DNA of 64,000 bases. Origin: Nymphon striatum. Its lineage: Eukaryota. The notes under the pieces were generated by a model. The model was not told the origin of the DNA and ran no database searches. It worked only from the letters and a program-made list of their open reading frames with translations. A program made the position numbers and the translations under genes. Shown here piece after piece: positions 25,966 to 38,320 of the stretch. Location: assembly GCA_016618385.1 (NCBI GenBank), contig JABFOP010000357.1:287545-351544 (forward strand), given 5' to 3'. Within the stretch, counting starts at the first letter, position 1; the number at the start of each line of letters is the position of its first letter.

Positions 25966-26235
25966 ATGACAGACCGTAAAGCTGTTATCAAGAATGCTGA
26001 CATGACAGAAGAAATGCAGCAAGATGCTGTTGACTGTGCTACTCACGCATTAGAAAAGTTCAACATCGAAAAAGATATTGCAGCATATGTCAAAAAAGAA
26101 TTTGACAGGAAATACAACCCAACTTGGCATTGCATTGTTGGCCGTAATTTTGGTAGTTATGTTACTCATGAAACAAAGCATTTCATATATTTCTACATCG
26201 GACAAGTGGCAATCCTCTTATTCAAGTCTGGATAA
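25966..26235 (+). CDS. DYNLL1: Dynein light chain LC8 (DYNLL1/2 orthologue). Complete 89-aa CDS within a single exon. A splice acceptor (ttttag) lies 20 nt upstream of the ATG, so the 5'UTR is spliced.
   Basis: [89 protein letters not shown] is about 90% identical to human DYNLL1 ([25 protein letters not shown]...[11 protein letters not shown]). Confidence 0.95.
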   Translation: MTDRKAVIKNADMTEEMQQDAVDCATHALEKFNIEKDIAAYVKKEFDRKYNPTWHCIVGRNFGSYVTHETKHFIYFYIGQVAILLFKSG

Positions 26236-26454
26236 TTTAGATACGATGATCAAATAATACTAAGTATGATAGCTGTAAATTCTGTTCACCGCTAAAGGCG
26301 CTTAAAAGTCAAATTTAGATGTATTGTTCTGCCAATTGTTTCATCCAATCTATTAATATTAATATGATATATTATTTCATATAAGTTTGACTTTTTTTTT
26401 TCTTCAGTGTACATATTGATAGCACTAACTTATTTATTTAAGTTTGAAGGGGAG

Positions 26455-26915
26455 GCCAATGAGATGGGGGATTCCAGCGTTATGTGTGCGACATCCAGAC
26501 ACTATTTTCACCCTTTTCACTTAAAGAACTTTTCTTCGACAGTTAGATTTTCTTTCTTTCACGTAATTCTTCAATACATAACTATAGCCTGATATTACAT
26601 TTCATTTTTTTTCTAAATCTACAGGAAAAGTTAACGTTAACATTCAGTCAGATGGAAACGGCCTCCAGCTTGCCATAAACCCATGTGAGTTTAGTGCAAT
26701 AAGGTTTAAAAAAAAAAAAAGTTAACGTTACGTGTGTGCGCGCACTTCTCCTGTAGATTTAGAAAAAAAATGAAATGCAAACTGGTAACATCCGGCTATG
26801 GTCATGTATCGAAGTATTACGTCAAAGAAAGAAAATCTAACTGTATAAGGAAAGTCTTTCAGTGAAAAGGGCGAAAATAGTGTCTGGATGTCGCACACGT
26901 ATTGCTAGAATCACC
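26455..26915. repeat. Foldback or hairpin-forming element. It lies about 220 bp downstream of the DYNLL stop and is probably in the 3'UTR or flank.
   Basis: 26460-26650 is mirrored by 26730-26910 (for example ttttctaaatctacaggaaaag and ctcctgtagatttagaaaaaaaatg). Confidence 0.5.
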
Positions 26916-28289
26916 CAGAAGCACTTTTGGAAGAGAGCCATATGATTTTGGCTATGAATGCTATTTTGATTCAGAAGTCATGCAACAAATATTCCATAAT
27001 AATTGTGAAAATTTCATTCCTTTACTCATCATCTCTAATTTGTTTTCAATATTTTTTTTTTTTTTTTTGATAGAGAAAGAAAATTTTAATTAAATCATCC
27101 AGGAATTTTAGGTTGTTTTATAAGTTTACAATGTATGTTCATATAATAAAGTGTTGAGGAAAAACTATTCAGAAATAATTTTCTTTTTGTCGAGAGACGA
27201 AAGTTGGATGCTTTGGCTTTTATATATTCAAAATATATATATACACGTGCGGAACCTTTTATCCGAAATCCTTGGGACTTGGGACTTTTCGGATTTTGGA
27301 ATGAAAATTTTTTTAAGTGAAAAATACAATAAATATATATGTTATTTTAAAGTTTTTTGGTTAATTACGCATACACAAAAGTATTTTATGACCCTGCTCG
27401 GTGCTGTTTTTTGTAGTCCGAGAGGCTTGGTTATTCGCTTTCTGTATACTGTAGTAAGTTACTTAAATTCTTTCAATTTACTAAAGTCACACAACATAAA
27501 CGCCTTAATTATTTTCTGGTTAACTATTCCTGGCACAACATGTGGATTGTTTCCGGTCAAGTTTGGCGCCAAACGCGAATTTTTATTATAAATTTTGGAA
27601 AAAAAAGTCTGGTTTTAGGAATTCCGGATAAAAGGTTCCGCATCTGTAGTTGTAGTAATGTGATGATATTTTTTTTTACTTTTTGTTTTGTTTGTAAAAA
27701 TTTTGACAGTAAATGTAAAACAAAATATGATTGTAACTAGTTTTCTTTTATTGTCTTCATTATTTTCATATATTTTACAATAAATCTATTCATACTTTAT
27801 ATCCTGAATGTATTGTAACTATACCAAAGGACATATTCTGATAAGTTACCAACTTGAAGCCAGCCTCTTCTATTAATGAATTGAATTCATCCTGTAATTA
27901 AATAAACATACTTAATTCTTGAAATGTTTAGGATCACATGGGTGCATAAAAGAACAAAAATATTAAATTTATACTTATGTAAGCAATGCAATCTGAAGTA
28001 TACTCTTTCACATAACTAATGCTAATCATTCAAATTGGGGTGAGCAGAGGCTTTGTAGCCAAACAAGGTAAGAGAATGTATACTTCATGAAGAAAAAATC
28101 ACAGTTTTTTTAGTTGATTTTTTAAAGATGAAGTAAACAGACCATCTAAAGTCTAACTCTTTCACTACATTTTTTAATTTTTTTACGAAATATATGTGCC
28201 AGGCTATATAAAATTACATCCACAATCTCCACTAACATGAAATTACTCAGCATGCAAAATATCCGGTAAAAACATGTTTGTTACTTTGA

Positions 28290-28625
28290 CCTTTGCCAGA
28301 TAAGTTGTTAATGACAAATAAATTTTAGATGTCTATTTCTAATACACACACAGGGTGTAAAGATTTGACCCAAACAGTGAAGAGTAGCAAGTGGAAATGG
28401 GCCGGACACTTGTCCCGTAGAACAGGCGATAGGTGGACCACTAAATCCACAATGTGGATAACAGATAGGGGAGGAAGAAAATGGGGTAGACCGAAGAGAA
28501 GGTGGGTGGATGATATAGCTAAGTTTGATAGGGATTGGGTGGAAAGAGCTGCCGATAGAGAGGACGGGAGGCCTTTGCTCAGCAGTGGGCCAATATGGGC
28601 TGATGATGATGATTTCTAATAAATT
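28290..28625 (+). mobile_element. 5'-truncated non-LTR retrotransposon (LINE) 3' fragment. It encodes the conserved C-terminal tail of ORF2.
   Basis: The translation reads ...THTGCKDLTQTVKSSKWKWAGHLSRRTGDRWTTKSTMWITDRGGRKWGRPKRRWVDDIAKFDRDWVERAADREDG.... This fits the W.GH..R.....W.......P.G.R..GRP..RW.DD......W...A.DR..W motif of RTE/CR1-like LINE 3' ends. Confidence 0.65.
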
Positions 28626-29096
28626 TACAACATACTAAAATTCTCTAACTAATTCAGTAAAAAAAAAAATTATTTTTCATCATACCTTCATCACTGCAGT
28701 TAAATTAGGTCTTTTGTTTGACTGGGTTTAATGACTCGATATAGTCCAGACCCTGAAGTTTTTGTTGTCTGTATCATCCAGGGTGAATAAGGTTCATGAT
28801 GTTTTTTGAGAAGGCTAAGTATTAGAGAGTCTAAAAATGTATGATATCAATCAGTGGAGTGGTAGACTAGTGCCAAGGCCCATTCTTCACCCCACTTGTG
28901 GGGTATGACAAATGTAAATTAGCATTCCAGGAAAAAAAAAAGAAAAAAGATTTTGTAATTTTTAAAGTACAAAGTTGAGTCTGGCAGGAAAATTCCCCAT
29001 AGACCTGTGGAGGCTCAAACCTATTTGGCGCTAAACCCAATTTTCTTAACTAAGTCCACTCGATTTCAATATGCAAACATAAATTTTATCTTCAAT

Positions 29097-29212
29097 TCAT
29101 ATTTTCTTCTCTAGAATTATCTGATAATGTAACACCAAAGTCATTTTTGCAATATTATACATGATAATGTATTTCAGGAAAAGTGCATCAGCTTCAATAA
29201 TTTTGTAAATTT
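29097..29212 (-). CDS. COQ5: Putative COQ5 terminal exon (C-terminal tail and stop). It conflicts in phase with the exon-6 donor, so the junction is unresolved.
   Basis: After the ttgtgcag acceptor, one frame reads (E)IYKIIEADALFLKCIILQK*, which weakly resembles human EEFKDMIEDAGFHKV.... This frame needs phase 1, but exon 6 as called ends in phase 0. Confidence 0.35.
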
Positions 29213-29303
29213 CTGCACAAGTTTTCGATTATGCGGAAATATTTTCCTTTTAGGTGTTTAAGAACAGTTTTTGAAAGAAAGCGTACACACGCTTTAAAAA
29301 TCA

Positions 29304-29447
<144 letters not shown>

Positions 29448-29760
29448 TCAAATACAAATAAAATACTTTAACACAGCATATTTTTATTAACAGAAACTGA
29501 CGTTCATTAACATATATATGGCCTGTCACATCAAACCAGGGAGTGTCTGTATACAACGATATATGTGAAATTTGTCGCATTTTCAAAGTTGGAAATAAGA
29601 AATTTGGTACCAAATAGAGGGTATTCAATAAGGAATGTGAAAGTGTGCATAACTAATATCACCCAAAATGAGACTTATCCCAGATTTGATGTCATGAGTC
29701 ACATATTACTTATATATAAAATACATGTCAAAATTATAATACCTCAAAATTATTACTTAC

Positions 29761-29849
29761 ATACTTAAAGGTTTGTTTTGGACATGACTAAATTCTAGAC
29801 AAAGAAATCTGCCACCAGGTTTTAACACTCTGTAAGCTTCAGATAAGAC
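29761..29849 (-). CDS. COQ5: COQ5 exon 5.
   Basis: The ccag acceptor is followed by [29 protein letters not shown](AT)|gtaagt. Compare human [29 protein letters not shown]. Confidence 0.88.
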
Positions 29850-29925
29850 CTGGTATAGTTAATTACTAAAATTTAGTACATTAGAAAAGCGAATTGCAGT
29901 ATATAGGTATTGAAAATTATAAAAC

Positions 29926-30032
29926 CTTATCAATGTGAACACAATTGCGTATTCCAAATGCAATGGTATATGCATCAAATAAATTATCAGCCACTGGAAG
30001 CTTCTCTGCATTACCACAAATCCATTCTATTT
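29926..30032 (-). CDS. COQ5: COQ5 exon 4.
   Basis: (K)[35 protein letters not shown]|gttttat. Compare human [35 protein letters not shown]. Confidence 0.88.
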
Positions 30033-30120
30033 CTGAAAGTCAAATTTAAAATGCAATTGTCTTCAGAAAAAATAATTAAATTCCTATGAACAAGAAGATG
30101 ACGAAAGTGTGTATAAGTAC

Positions 30121-30345
30121 TGTCATGGTAATATGAAGTTTCAACTCGATTTTGTCCTATATCAAGCATTTTCTGATTAATATCACAAACAGTAACATGA
30201 AAATCTTCCTCATTAACAACTTCTTCATCAGATGAACAATTTGGACTTTCTTTTAGAAAAGGTTCATTTATATCAAAATGACCATTTTCAGTTTGGATTT
30301 TATTTGTTGAATCTAAATACTTTATGAATCTGAATGCAATATCAC
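30121..30345 (-). CDS. COQ5: COQ5 exon 3.
   Basis: (G)DIAFRFIKYLDSTNKIQTENGHFDINEPFLKESPNCSSDEEVVNEEDFHVTVCDINQKMLDIGQNRVETSYYHD|gtactt. Compare human GDIAFRFLNYVQSQ...SRVVVCDINKEMLKVGKQKA. The acceptor is ttaacag. The GTACTT donor is weak but keeps the frame into the next exon. Confidence 0.8.
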
Positions 30346-30471
30346 CTGTTAAAACATACAAATACATTACACTTTGCACTTAATCAGGTAACAAGGTTTT
30401 TGAAAGCAAAATAACTACCGTAGATATAAAAAATTTCAATCGAGAATATGTGAATGAATATTAAAAAATTA

Positions 30472-30723
<252 letters not shown>

Positions 30724-31888
30724 TTAAGTTGATTATTAATAAAAGTATCTTTGAGTAAGTGGCGACATCTTGTAATTGAGAGCAATAATTCTATTCAACT
30801 GGTTTTGGAACAGAGTATTCACTTTAGGATAAATTCCTGCTCTTGGGCTGTTTTTCATCCTGTTTCCGAAATGGGCCTTCACAGCTGTCCATTCATTCTA
30901 AATTGCATCTTACTGACATCCCATACGTTTCAGCACTGGCTCAAAGAGATTGGCAATTTGCATGATGTGGTCATTGCATACCTGCCAACCCCAAAGGACT
31001 AAAAATCCTAATAAAGGACTTGAAGCGAGGCGTCCGTGCCCGGGGGAATCCGGATACATTTTGTCGTGTGACAGGTCTTAAGCCAATAAACTCAAGTCGT
31101 GACGCGCAGAAGCGAATAGATATTTGCTAAACGCTGACATCTGGACATCACAAACAGTGAGTTAATGTAAACAAAAATGTGTATACCGATATAAACCTTG
31201 AAACCAACTTCCAACGTTTTAAAACAAAATCATGCTCATGCACGAACTTGCTTCGCACCTCCCATTATCACCACGGGATATCAAAATCTGAAGCCTCTTG
31301 TGTTTCAAGTGTCTCAAGATTTCATTGTGTGACTCCAACTTTAACGAGTCGGTCACCTGAACTTAAGATATAAACTTTATACCTTGACTTAAGGTGACCG
31401 ACTGCACTAAGATTATATAATCAGGGCTTAAATCTAACAGCGGCCACGATCGTCGAGGCCCTTCTTACTGGCAGAGGTGCCCCTTGAAAAATTACCCCCT
31501 CTCGGCCATTTTATTGTTTAGTTGGCTGTCGTGCCTTTTTTGTAAAATTGCTATAAAATCACGACCATCTGTCCGCTGTACTAATTTTAATATTTTGTGG
31601 CCTTGGTGCTCTTACAAATTTTGAGTTCTTCAAGGCCAACTTGGCCTTGCCCCTAAAATGTTTAGATTTAAAGCCTGTATAATAAAGCCTTAATTAAGTC
31701 CAAGGGTTAGGACGTCCTAGCTAGCTGTGGCCACAGGCTGTGGCTAGTCTATGATTTATGGCTATGTAATGTGATCATCACCGACACAGTGTCAGTGATG
31801 TCATGATGAATGTCTATGTATGAAGTCCAAAGTCAAAGATTTGTTGTTGTATGATTACTTAAAATATTTTGATCAGATAAAAACATAC

Positions 31889-32057
31889 CTTTTTTCGATT
31901 TTACCTCTTCTTCTACATCTTCGAAACCGAAATGAGCTGTTTTATTTGAAAAAAAAGCAACTCTAATGAAATTGAGAGCAGTAACTTTCTGGTCAGAAAG
32001 GCAAGTAGAATTTCTTGCAAAACTGTGTATCAGTTTCATCCACATTTTTTCAGTCAT
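31889..32057 (-). CDS. COQ5: COQ5 (2-methoxy-6-polyprenyl-1,4-benzoquinol methylase, mitochondrial) coding exon 1, with a putative targeting presequence.
   Basis: MTEKMWMKLIHSFARNSTCLSDQKVTALNFIRVAFFSNKTAHFGFEDVEEEVKSKK(G)|gtatgt. The THFGFE.V.EEEK motif corresponds to human COQ5 ETHFGFETVSEEEKGGK. Assigning the first in-frame ATG (32057) as the start is an assumption. Confidence 0.75.
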
Positions 32058-32635
32058 ACATGAACATTCTAAACACGACAATCTTCTAAAGTACCATTAG
32101 TTTTGCAATAAAGAAAGGCATAATATGTTGCATATTAATAAGAGTCTTATTTTGTTACAACTTAACATGACATGACTATGATTTAGTAGTTGTTCGGACC
32201 TGTCTGTAACCGTGATCCAGCCAGTACTGTGAATTTCATTTCTCTACTCTAGTCTAGCAAGAATATTCAAGAAATATGGAAGGAATCGAAAAACATAAAG
32301 CAATGTATAAGCGTAAAAATTCTCCATGGAGAGATGTTTACAGACAGGTATTATCAAATAGTATTACACCTGAATAAGGATGTATTCAAACTCTTGTTAT
32401 TATGTAGATCGAGTTGTCGTCCGAGACAATATTATGACCTACCCTTAAGTTTAATCAAATTAAAGTTTATTTTAATAAGTGCGTGTTTGAAAGAACGATA
32501 CGTAATAGAACATATAGTATCAGGTTGAATATAGGATAGAACGTTATTAAAGAAAATAACAAGCATAGATTCACAGTGGATATTTTGGAAAGAGAAATAT
32601 GTTGTTACTTGTACAATAATAAAATGGGGCCGCCG

Positions 32636-33480
32636 CCGGTAGTACCGGTGTCAAGCTAAATAACTGACCACTGCGAAATTTCTGACTTGGCCACGCCCAC
32701 GTGTCAGACATCAGTTATTTAGCGCCTATAGTGCGAAAAACATGACTCTGCGAAATAACTGACCTGGTTATTTTCCTCTTTCCTCTTTCCCCAGTGAGCT
32801 CCGACTGAGCCCTTAATGAGCCAACCACTAAACACAGGACTTCGATCCGTATCTCTTTCCCAATGAGCTCCGACTGATCCCCTAATGAGCCCACCACCAA
32901 ACACAGGGTAGACCTATACTTTAGCGTGAACCGTTGAAACCAACGCTCGGATGACATTGATCTTCGCAACATATTTTACTCTTAATTACACAAAATAATA
33001 ATAAAGTTTAAATTTCACATTTTTCGATCAGCCTAGATCCGAACAGGTTAGGTAAGGTTGGCTCGATTAAAATAAATAATAGTACTAATTACCAAATTAT
33101 AATGTTTGGAGGGTTAGATCAATGTCATCCGAGCGGTGGTTTAAACGGTTCAAGCTAAAGTATAGGTATATAGGTCTACCAAACACAGGACTCCGAACCG
33201 TATCTATTCCCCCAGTGAGCTCCTAATGAGTCCACCACTAAACACAGGACTTCGATCTGTATCTCTTTCCAAATGAGCTCCTAATGAGCCCACAATTAAA
33301 CACAGAACTCCAATCCATATGATGGCTTGCTGATTTGTTGATCTATGGTTGAATGCCGTTGCGAAATATCTGACTGCCACAATGCGCAGCACACCCTCTG
33401 CGCAGATGCTACGCATGCGCACCGGTTCCTTAGTCAGATATTTCGCAGGTCAGTTATTTCGCGCTACACCGGCGGACGGT
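32636..33480. mobile_element. Composite TIR element. The ends are ccgccggtagtaccggtg ... caccggcggacggtacagg. Inside are two arrays of about 62-bp tandem units and a family-C-like core.
   Basis: Tandem units tctctttcc(c)cagtgagctccgactgagcccttaatgagcc.accactaaacacaggacttcgatccgta occur at 32770-32920 and again, diverged, at 33170-33300. The core at 32950-33130 matches 6940-7140. Confidence 0.45.
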
Positions 33481-34633
33481 ACAGGCTGATGATGATGATG
33501 TACAATAAAATTTAAGGCAACCTGGACCATAAAATAAAGTCTCAAAGTCAAACTTTAAAGACTTACTTTCGTCTTTCCAGTTGAAAAGCCCTTGCCGTTG
33601 GCCTTACTTCAATGTTTGTAGGAAATTTCTTCATTGTATACTTTTGTGACCAGGTTCTATTGTTCTGAACGAAATTACTGTCAGTGGTCTTCTGTTTACT
33701 CTCTCGTCGTTTTTGATTGAACCGTTTTGGTATACGTCAAACACAATGTCTATTCGATTACTTCTGCCCTCGTCCTAGTCTTACAGCCTTTGAGAAAATT
33801 GTTTTTGATACATCACTGAAGTACATATGATTTGCCTCTAAACGTTGAACTAGTGCCATGTCCCATCGATGATACTTGCAGAATTTTCAGGTACTTTTTA
33901 AGTACTTTTTCAGCTTTTTTGCCAGAGTGGGTTTGCTGATTTTCCTAAGTGTTTTCCCAGGTGTAGCTAGTGCCCATGGTATTGGACTGTTGTGTATTGG
34001 ACTAAATTGGACTGTTGTGAGCCAGCACCATAGCCATATATTTGTGTATAGCCAGTACATCAAAGATTTAAATATTAAAACACTATTAATTAAAAGTTTG
34101 TTCATCATAAACACATCTTTATTCAATCATCCAATACACAGTTCAGTCTGCAGAGCTACAGTTTCAAAATGGGTTACCATAACTAAATTTGCGCAACTTG
34201 TATGGGTTACCTAGCATGCCTGAACAAGAACGTATCAGAAGTTTGTTGGAGGTGCAGGACATAGAAAAGGTTGGGAATTGCTGGTCTAGTATCATATACA
34301 CAACAATGACGTACCGGAAATAAAGTAGACGGCTGGGATTCCCCATTGGAGGAATCATTTTGTATGTCCATGATGGATTTTGTCAAAATCTGGGCCAGAA
34401 ATCTAGAACATCTATTGCGTATATATATTTTTTCTTTATGAAAATGCTGATTCAATTCTATCTTTTCCTTAATTTTCTACTGTATTGTTATTTTTATACT
34501 GTGCAAACAAGAAGGCTGAGTGAATAAATATCTTTCCACCTGTGTGTGGGATCTGATTGACCCATGTACGAATTGCTCTGTCAGGCAATCAGACTAGTGA
34601 TTTTGCAACCCCTGATTACATTATTATTATTAT

Positions 34634-34831
34634 ATGAATTTTCTTATGTTTTTTCAGCGATGCTTGGAACAAGTTAAAAAAGGAAGACAAAGGCTTATTG
34701 ACCGTTTTCGAAATATAGAACCAGATTTTAAATGTGAGAATGGGATTATGGAAGTTATGGCCCAAGAATGGGAAGCATTGAAATCTGACCACAATTTACC
34801 ATCTTTACATTCAGGAATATTTGATAGTCAG
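34634..34831 (+). CDS. RPAIN: RPA-interacting protein (RPAIN/RIP) first coding exon. The homology block starts at 34658. An in-frame ATG at 34634 may be the start, or 34656-34657 may be an acceptor following an upstream exon.
   Basis: (MNFLMFFQ)RCLEQVKKGRQRLIDRFRNIEPDFKCENGIMEVMAQEWEALKSDHNLPSLHSGIFDSQ|gtacag. Compare human RPAIN FRQRCLERMRNSRDRLLNRYR...VQEVMEEEWNALQS. Confidence 0.75.
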
Positions 34832-35982
34832 GTACAGGATTTTAAGGAGTTTTCATTTTTGAAATTTTCATATGTTTTATTTATTGCTAATGTGTGAACG
34901 TCTTTAGAATAATTAACAATTCCACTGTTTGAATTAATATTAATAAGGAAGAATTAAAGATGAATAAATTAATGAATATTTAGATGTTAAATTTCTTTAT
35001 GGAGTTACGTGAAGCAGTGATTAATATTAATATTATATTGAACGCCAAGGGATCACTTTTTACTCCTTTCTCATTTCAAGCCATGAACAAAGTGTGTAGA
35101 ACTGTTTTCATATAAGATCGAAGGAACAAAGTAAATTAGTTACCAAAGTTTTAGTAATCTTCAGAGACTTGAAAAGTTCCTGTTACATGAAGCTGATGTC
35201 TTATACTGTGTCATGTTAGATACGGATGTTTTTTTATTTCTTTCTTTCTTCTTCTGTTGTTCTTTTATGAGTTTTTTTTTTCTTTTAAAAGTAGAGAATA
35301 CAATAATGTTAATGGAAGAAAATATAGAATATCGTAATGGTCTCTGTCGGCACTTTCTGGAGTAATTGGATTCCTGGTTGTTGAACAAATAACTTTTTTT
35401 CTCTTTACCCAGAAAACAATCTATTCACTTGAAAAAATTAGACGTTTCTGAGTGATTTATTAACTTGAGGAAAATTTATACAGTATGTTGTTTGAATCAC
35501 ATCCTTTAGTTTCTTAAATTAGACAAAAATCTTCACCTTAATCAAGAGTAACTAAGCTCATTGCCGATGAAAAATATATCGTCATAGTTCTGACTCTGTA
35601 AAGAGGTTAGATGTCATGGTTCTCTATCTGTAACTGTTTTGCAACAATTCAATTTTAATTTTGACTTGCAGAGCTTCCATGTATAAACATAGAAGCCGAG
35701 ACTCCGGGTTTCACCCTCAATGCATTTCAGCAAACAGGTAAATGATGTGATTATGTATTAGGCCAATTAAAGAAACAGTGCCTAGATTTTTTGCTTTTGC
35801 TTTTTATTATTATTATTTTATGTGTTTAGTTTATCTGGAAAAATCGAACTGAAAAAATTTCTAAGCCTAAGTTTCTGTTATATTTTGCATGATTTACATA
35901 TTTTCATAAACAAGTCTGTAATACATACATGTATAAAAGCGGTTGGTTTCCTGAACTTGATTAACTATATTGATTTTATCAG

Positions 35983-36067
35983 CTTTTAAATGATAGCAGT
36001 GAAGATGAAGCAGACGAAGAAATAATTTCTTTTATTGACATGGTAAAAGAAGAGTTGCTTGAAACAG
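35983..36067 (+). CDS. RPAIN: RPAIN exon 2 (acidic region).
   Basis: The ttttatcag acceptor is followed by LLNDSSEDEADEEIISFIDMVKEELLET(G)|gtttgt. The phase is consistent with the flanking exons. It loosely matches the human LAQLEELIDMAVLEEIQQEL block. Confidence 0.65.
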
Positions 36068-37338
36068 GTTTGTCACAAGAAATCCTTAAATTTTGCTAAT
36101 GTTTCTTCTCAGAATATGTAGAAATAAGCATTATTTTAGTCATTAATGCTACATATGAAAATAGATTTTCAGTTAAAATTCTCAATTCAGAAAAGTTCTG
36201 ACGATAAACAGTCGTAAGTGATAAGTGCCATTTGCCACATTATAAGTTTTATTCAATTTACTACTTTCGGCAATAAAAACATTGTTGGTGAAATAATTAA
36301 TTGATGTCAAGCCTTCTTAGTTTTTTCTATAAAAGTTACTGTATTAATTTGGCTAAATCCAAATGAGAAGTTGTTGAAAATCACATTTCATGTTTGCTGA
36401 ACCAATTTTTTAATCTCGTCTCTTCAGATAGAGAAAAATAAATCTTCACTGGAATACGTTAGATGACCTACTGAGTAAGTTCTTGCTTACCCTGATGCCT
36501 CAGCTCTCCTGTTTCATTCTCAGCATTCCGTTGCAACTAATAAACTTCATTTAACTCATTTGTCTTCATCTTCTAACTCATGAGGTTGTACTTAGCTTTT
36601 TTACGTCCATGTATGTGTTAGACATAACTTTTTGATTTTTTTAAAAAGATATATATTTACAGAAGTTATTAGTTATCTAATAATTAGTCCACAATAATTA
36701 GATACATCTGGAAGCCCAGTAGAACTAAATTTACAGGTTCAATTAAAATTTGTATGCATGAATTATAATATATATACTATATTTTCATGCAAATTTCTCA
36801 CATATGATACATAGGTATAGAAAAATAATTAATGCTGCCTATACTCTAATGCAGAAAATATGTCTCTTTTTTTCCTCTCAAACAACAAATGTATACACAT
36901 AAAAAAATTTTAGCAACAACTAGTCCAAAACAGAACCAATTGTTGCCACATCAAGAGAGAGTTCAGAGACTTGAAGCCATGTAAAAAATTAGGTACACTA
37001 ACTTATGTAAAAATCACTGATAAAGATGGATTCCAAGTGGTCATGTTGCTTTCTGCTAGTTTTATGCAGTGGATATTCACCAGTATCAGTTATATTTGAC
37101 AACTTCACCGAAAGGCAGGATACATGTTTGTGAAGGGTAAATGTGCTTGGAAAATAATTTATTTACATTTTCATCCCGAAAAAGGGTATAAAAGGTTGTG
37201 AATAATTCATTTGAAAATATGGTAGATACGATGTATAGAGAAGAAATGACACAGTTTATGTTTTTAAATAGCTAAAAAAATTAATGAATTTATTGTTAAT
37301 CCATGTTTTTGATTTTTTTTTTTTTTTTTTTTTTACAG

Positions 37339-37438
37339 AAAAACAAATAATTTTAGAGTACGAAAAAAACACTAATTTTACAAATAATGCTGTAAATAAT
37401 TTCCACAGTGATGCCGTCACATGTCCAATTTGCAAAAA
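37339..37438 (+). CDS. RPAIN: RPAIN exon 3. Carries the first Cys pair of the C-terminal zinc-ribbon-like region.
   Basis: The poly-T plus tttacag acceptor is followed by EKQIILEYEKNTNFTNNAVNNFHSDAVTCPICK(K)|gtatga. Compare human EQSIISEYEKSLQF...EANPLICPVCTK. Confidence 0.85.
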
Positions 37439-37997
37439 GTATGATATGTTTTTATTTATTCAATTGTTTACTTTGTTTTAACACATTAAACCCCAGTCCT
37501 ATTAAGGCCCCGGTGCCTACGCAGTGGTTTTCTGCTCCGTACCATGTAGGCACCGGGGTGTACCAGGGTAAGATTTTTAAAAGTTAATCATCCAACTTTT
37601 AGAAATCCATGGGGTCTACTGTGTAGCCACCGGCTCTGGTCCTTCTTTAAGGGTGGGGAGTCTTTACCATGTAGGCACCGGGATGTACCGTGTAGCTACT
37701 GGGGAGAGACGATTGTCGATGAAAATATGTCAAAAACACTCCGGTACATGTCGTTGAACAAATTATTTTTCGCTGAGGTCTACCGGGGTGTACCGTGTAG
37801 ACGCCAGCTCAATGGGACTGGGGTTTTACAAACGTAATCTCTTCATTCAACTTCTACATGGCAAAAAATGGCTATTTAATAATAATAAAAATACTTTACA
37901 CTTGCATGCATAAAATTGAATCTATTTTTAATTAATTTTAATTAATTTTCTAATTCTCTAACATTTGAACCCACAACAAATTTTTTTTTTTATTCAG

Positions 37998-38061
37998 AAA
38001 TCCATTAATGTTGAATAACGGAATCCTATTTTGCACATGTGGAATACGCCTAAATACTGAG
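37998..38061 (+). CDS. RPAIN: RPAIN exon 4.
   Basis: The tattcag acceptor is followed by (K)NPLMLNNGILFCTCGIRLNTE|gtatat. Compare human [28 protein letters not shown]. Confidence 0.8.
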
Positions 38062-38182
38062 GTATATCTTCTTCTTTTAAAAATGTTTATTTATACACGA
38101 ACATTTGCATACATTAACTTATTACTTGTTGATTATCATGAAAAATGCACAAAGTTATTCTGAAAATATGGTATAATTACAG

Positions 38183-38320
38183 CAAGATTGTATATCAATG
38201 AGTAATATCAAAGAGCAACTAAAACTTGGAATGACAAGCCATAATTCCGGCTGTTGTGCAGAACCAAATTTTTCTGTTTCACGAATGTTTGAAATGAGTA
38301 ACATTGTGTTGACATGTTCA
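38183..38320 (+). CDS. RPAIN: RPAIN exon 5.
   Basis: The ttacag acceptor is followed by QDCISMSNIKEQLKLGMTSHNSGCCAEPNFSVSRMFEMSNIVLTCS|gtaagt. Compare human ...HSAHCPHTPEFSV...LLMSCLAC. Confidence 0.8.

Noticed and set aside
27151-27591. 146-aa plus-strand ORF
   Set aside because: It is extremely AT-rich, with a low-complexity Phe/Leu/Ile/Asn-rich translation, no homology and no splice signals. It sits in an intergenic region downstream of DYNLL.
35672-35737. Candidate RPAIN exon (ttgacttgcag|AGCTTCC...CAAACAG|gtaaat)
   Set aside because: With the phase-0 end of the preceding exon it reads S F H V stop. Only a phase-2 reading is open. The exon chain 34831 to 35983 is frame-consistent without it.
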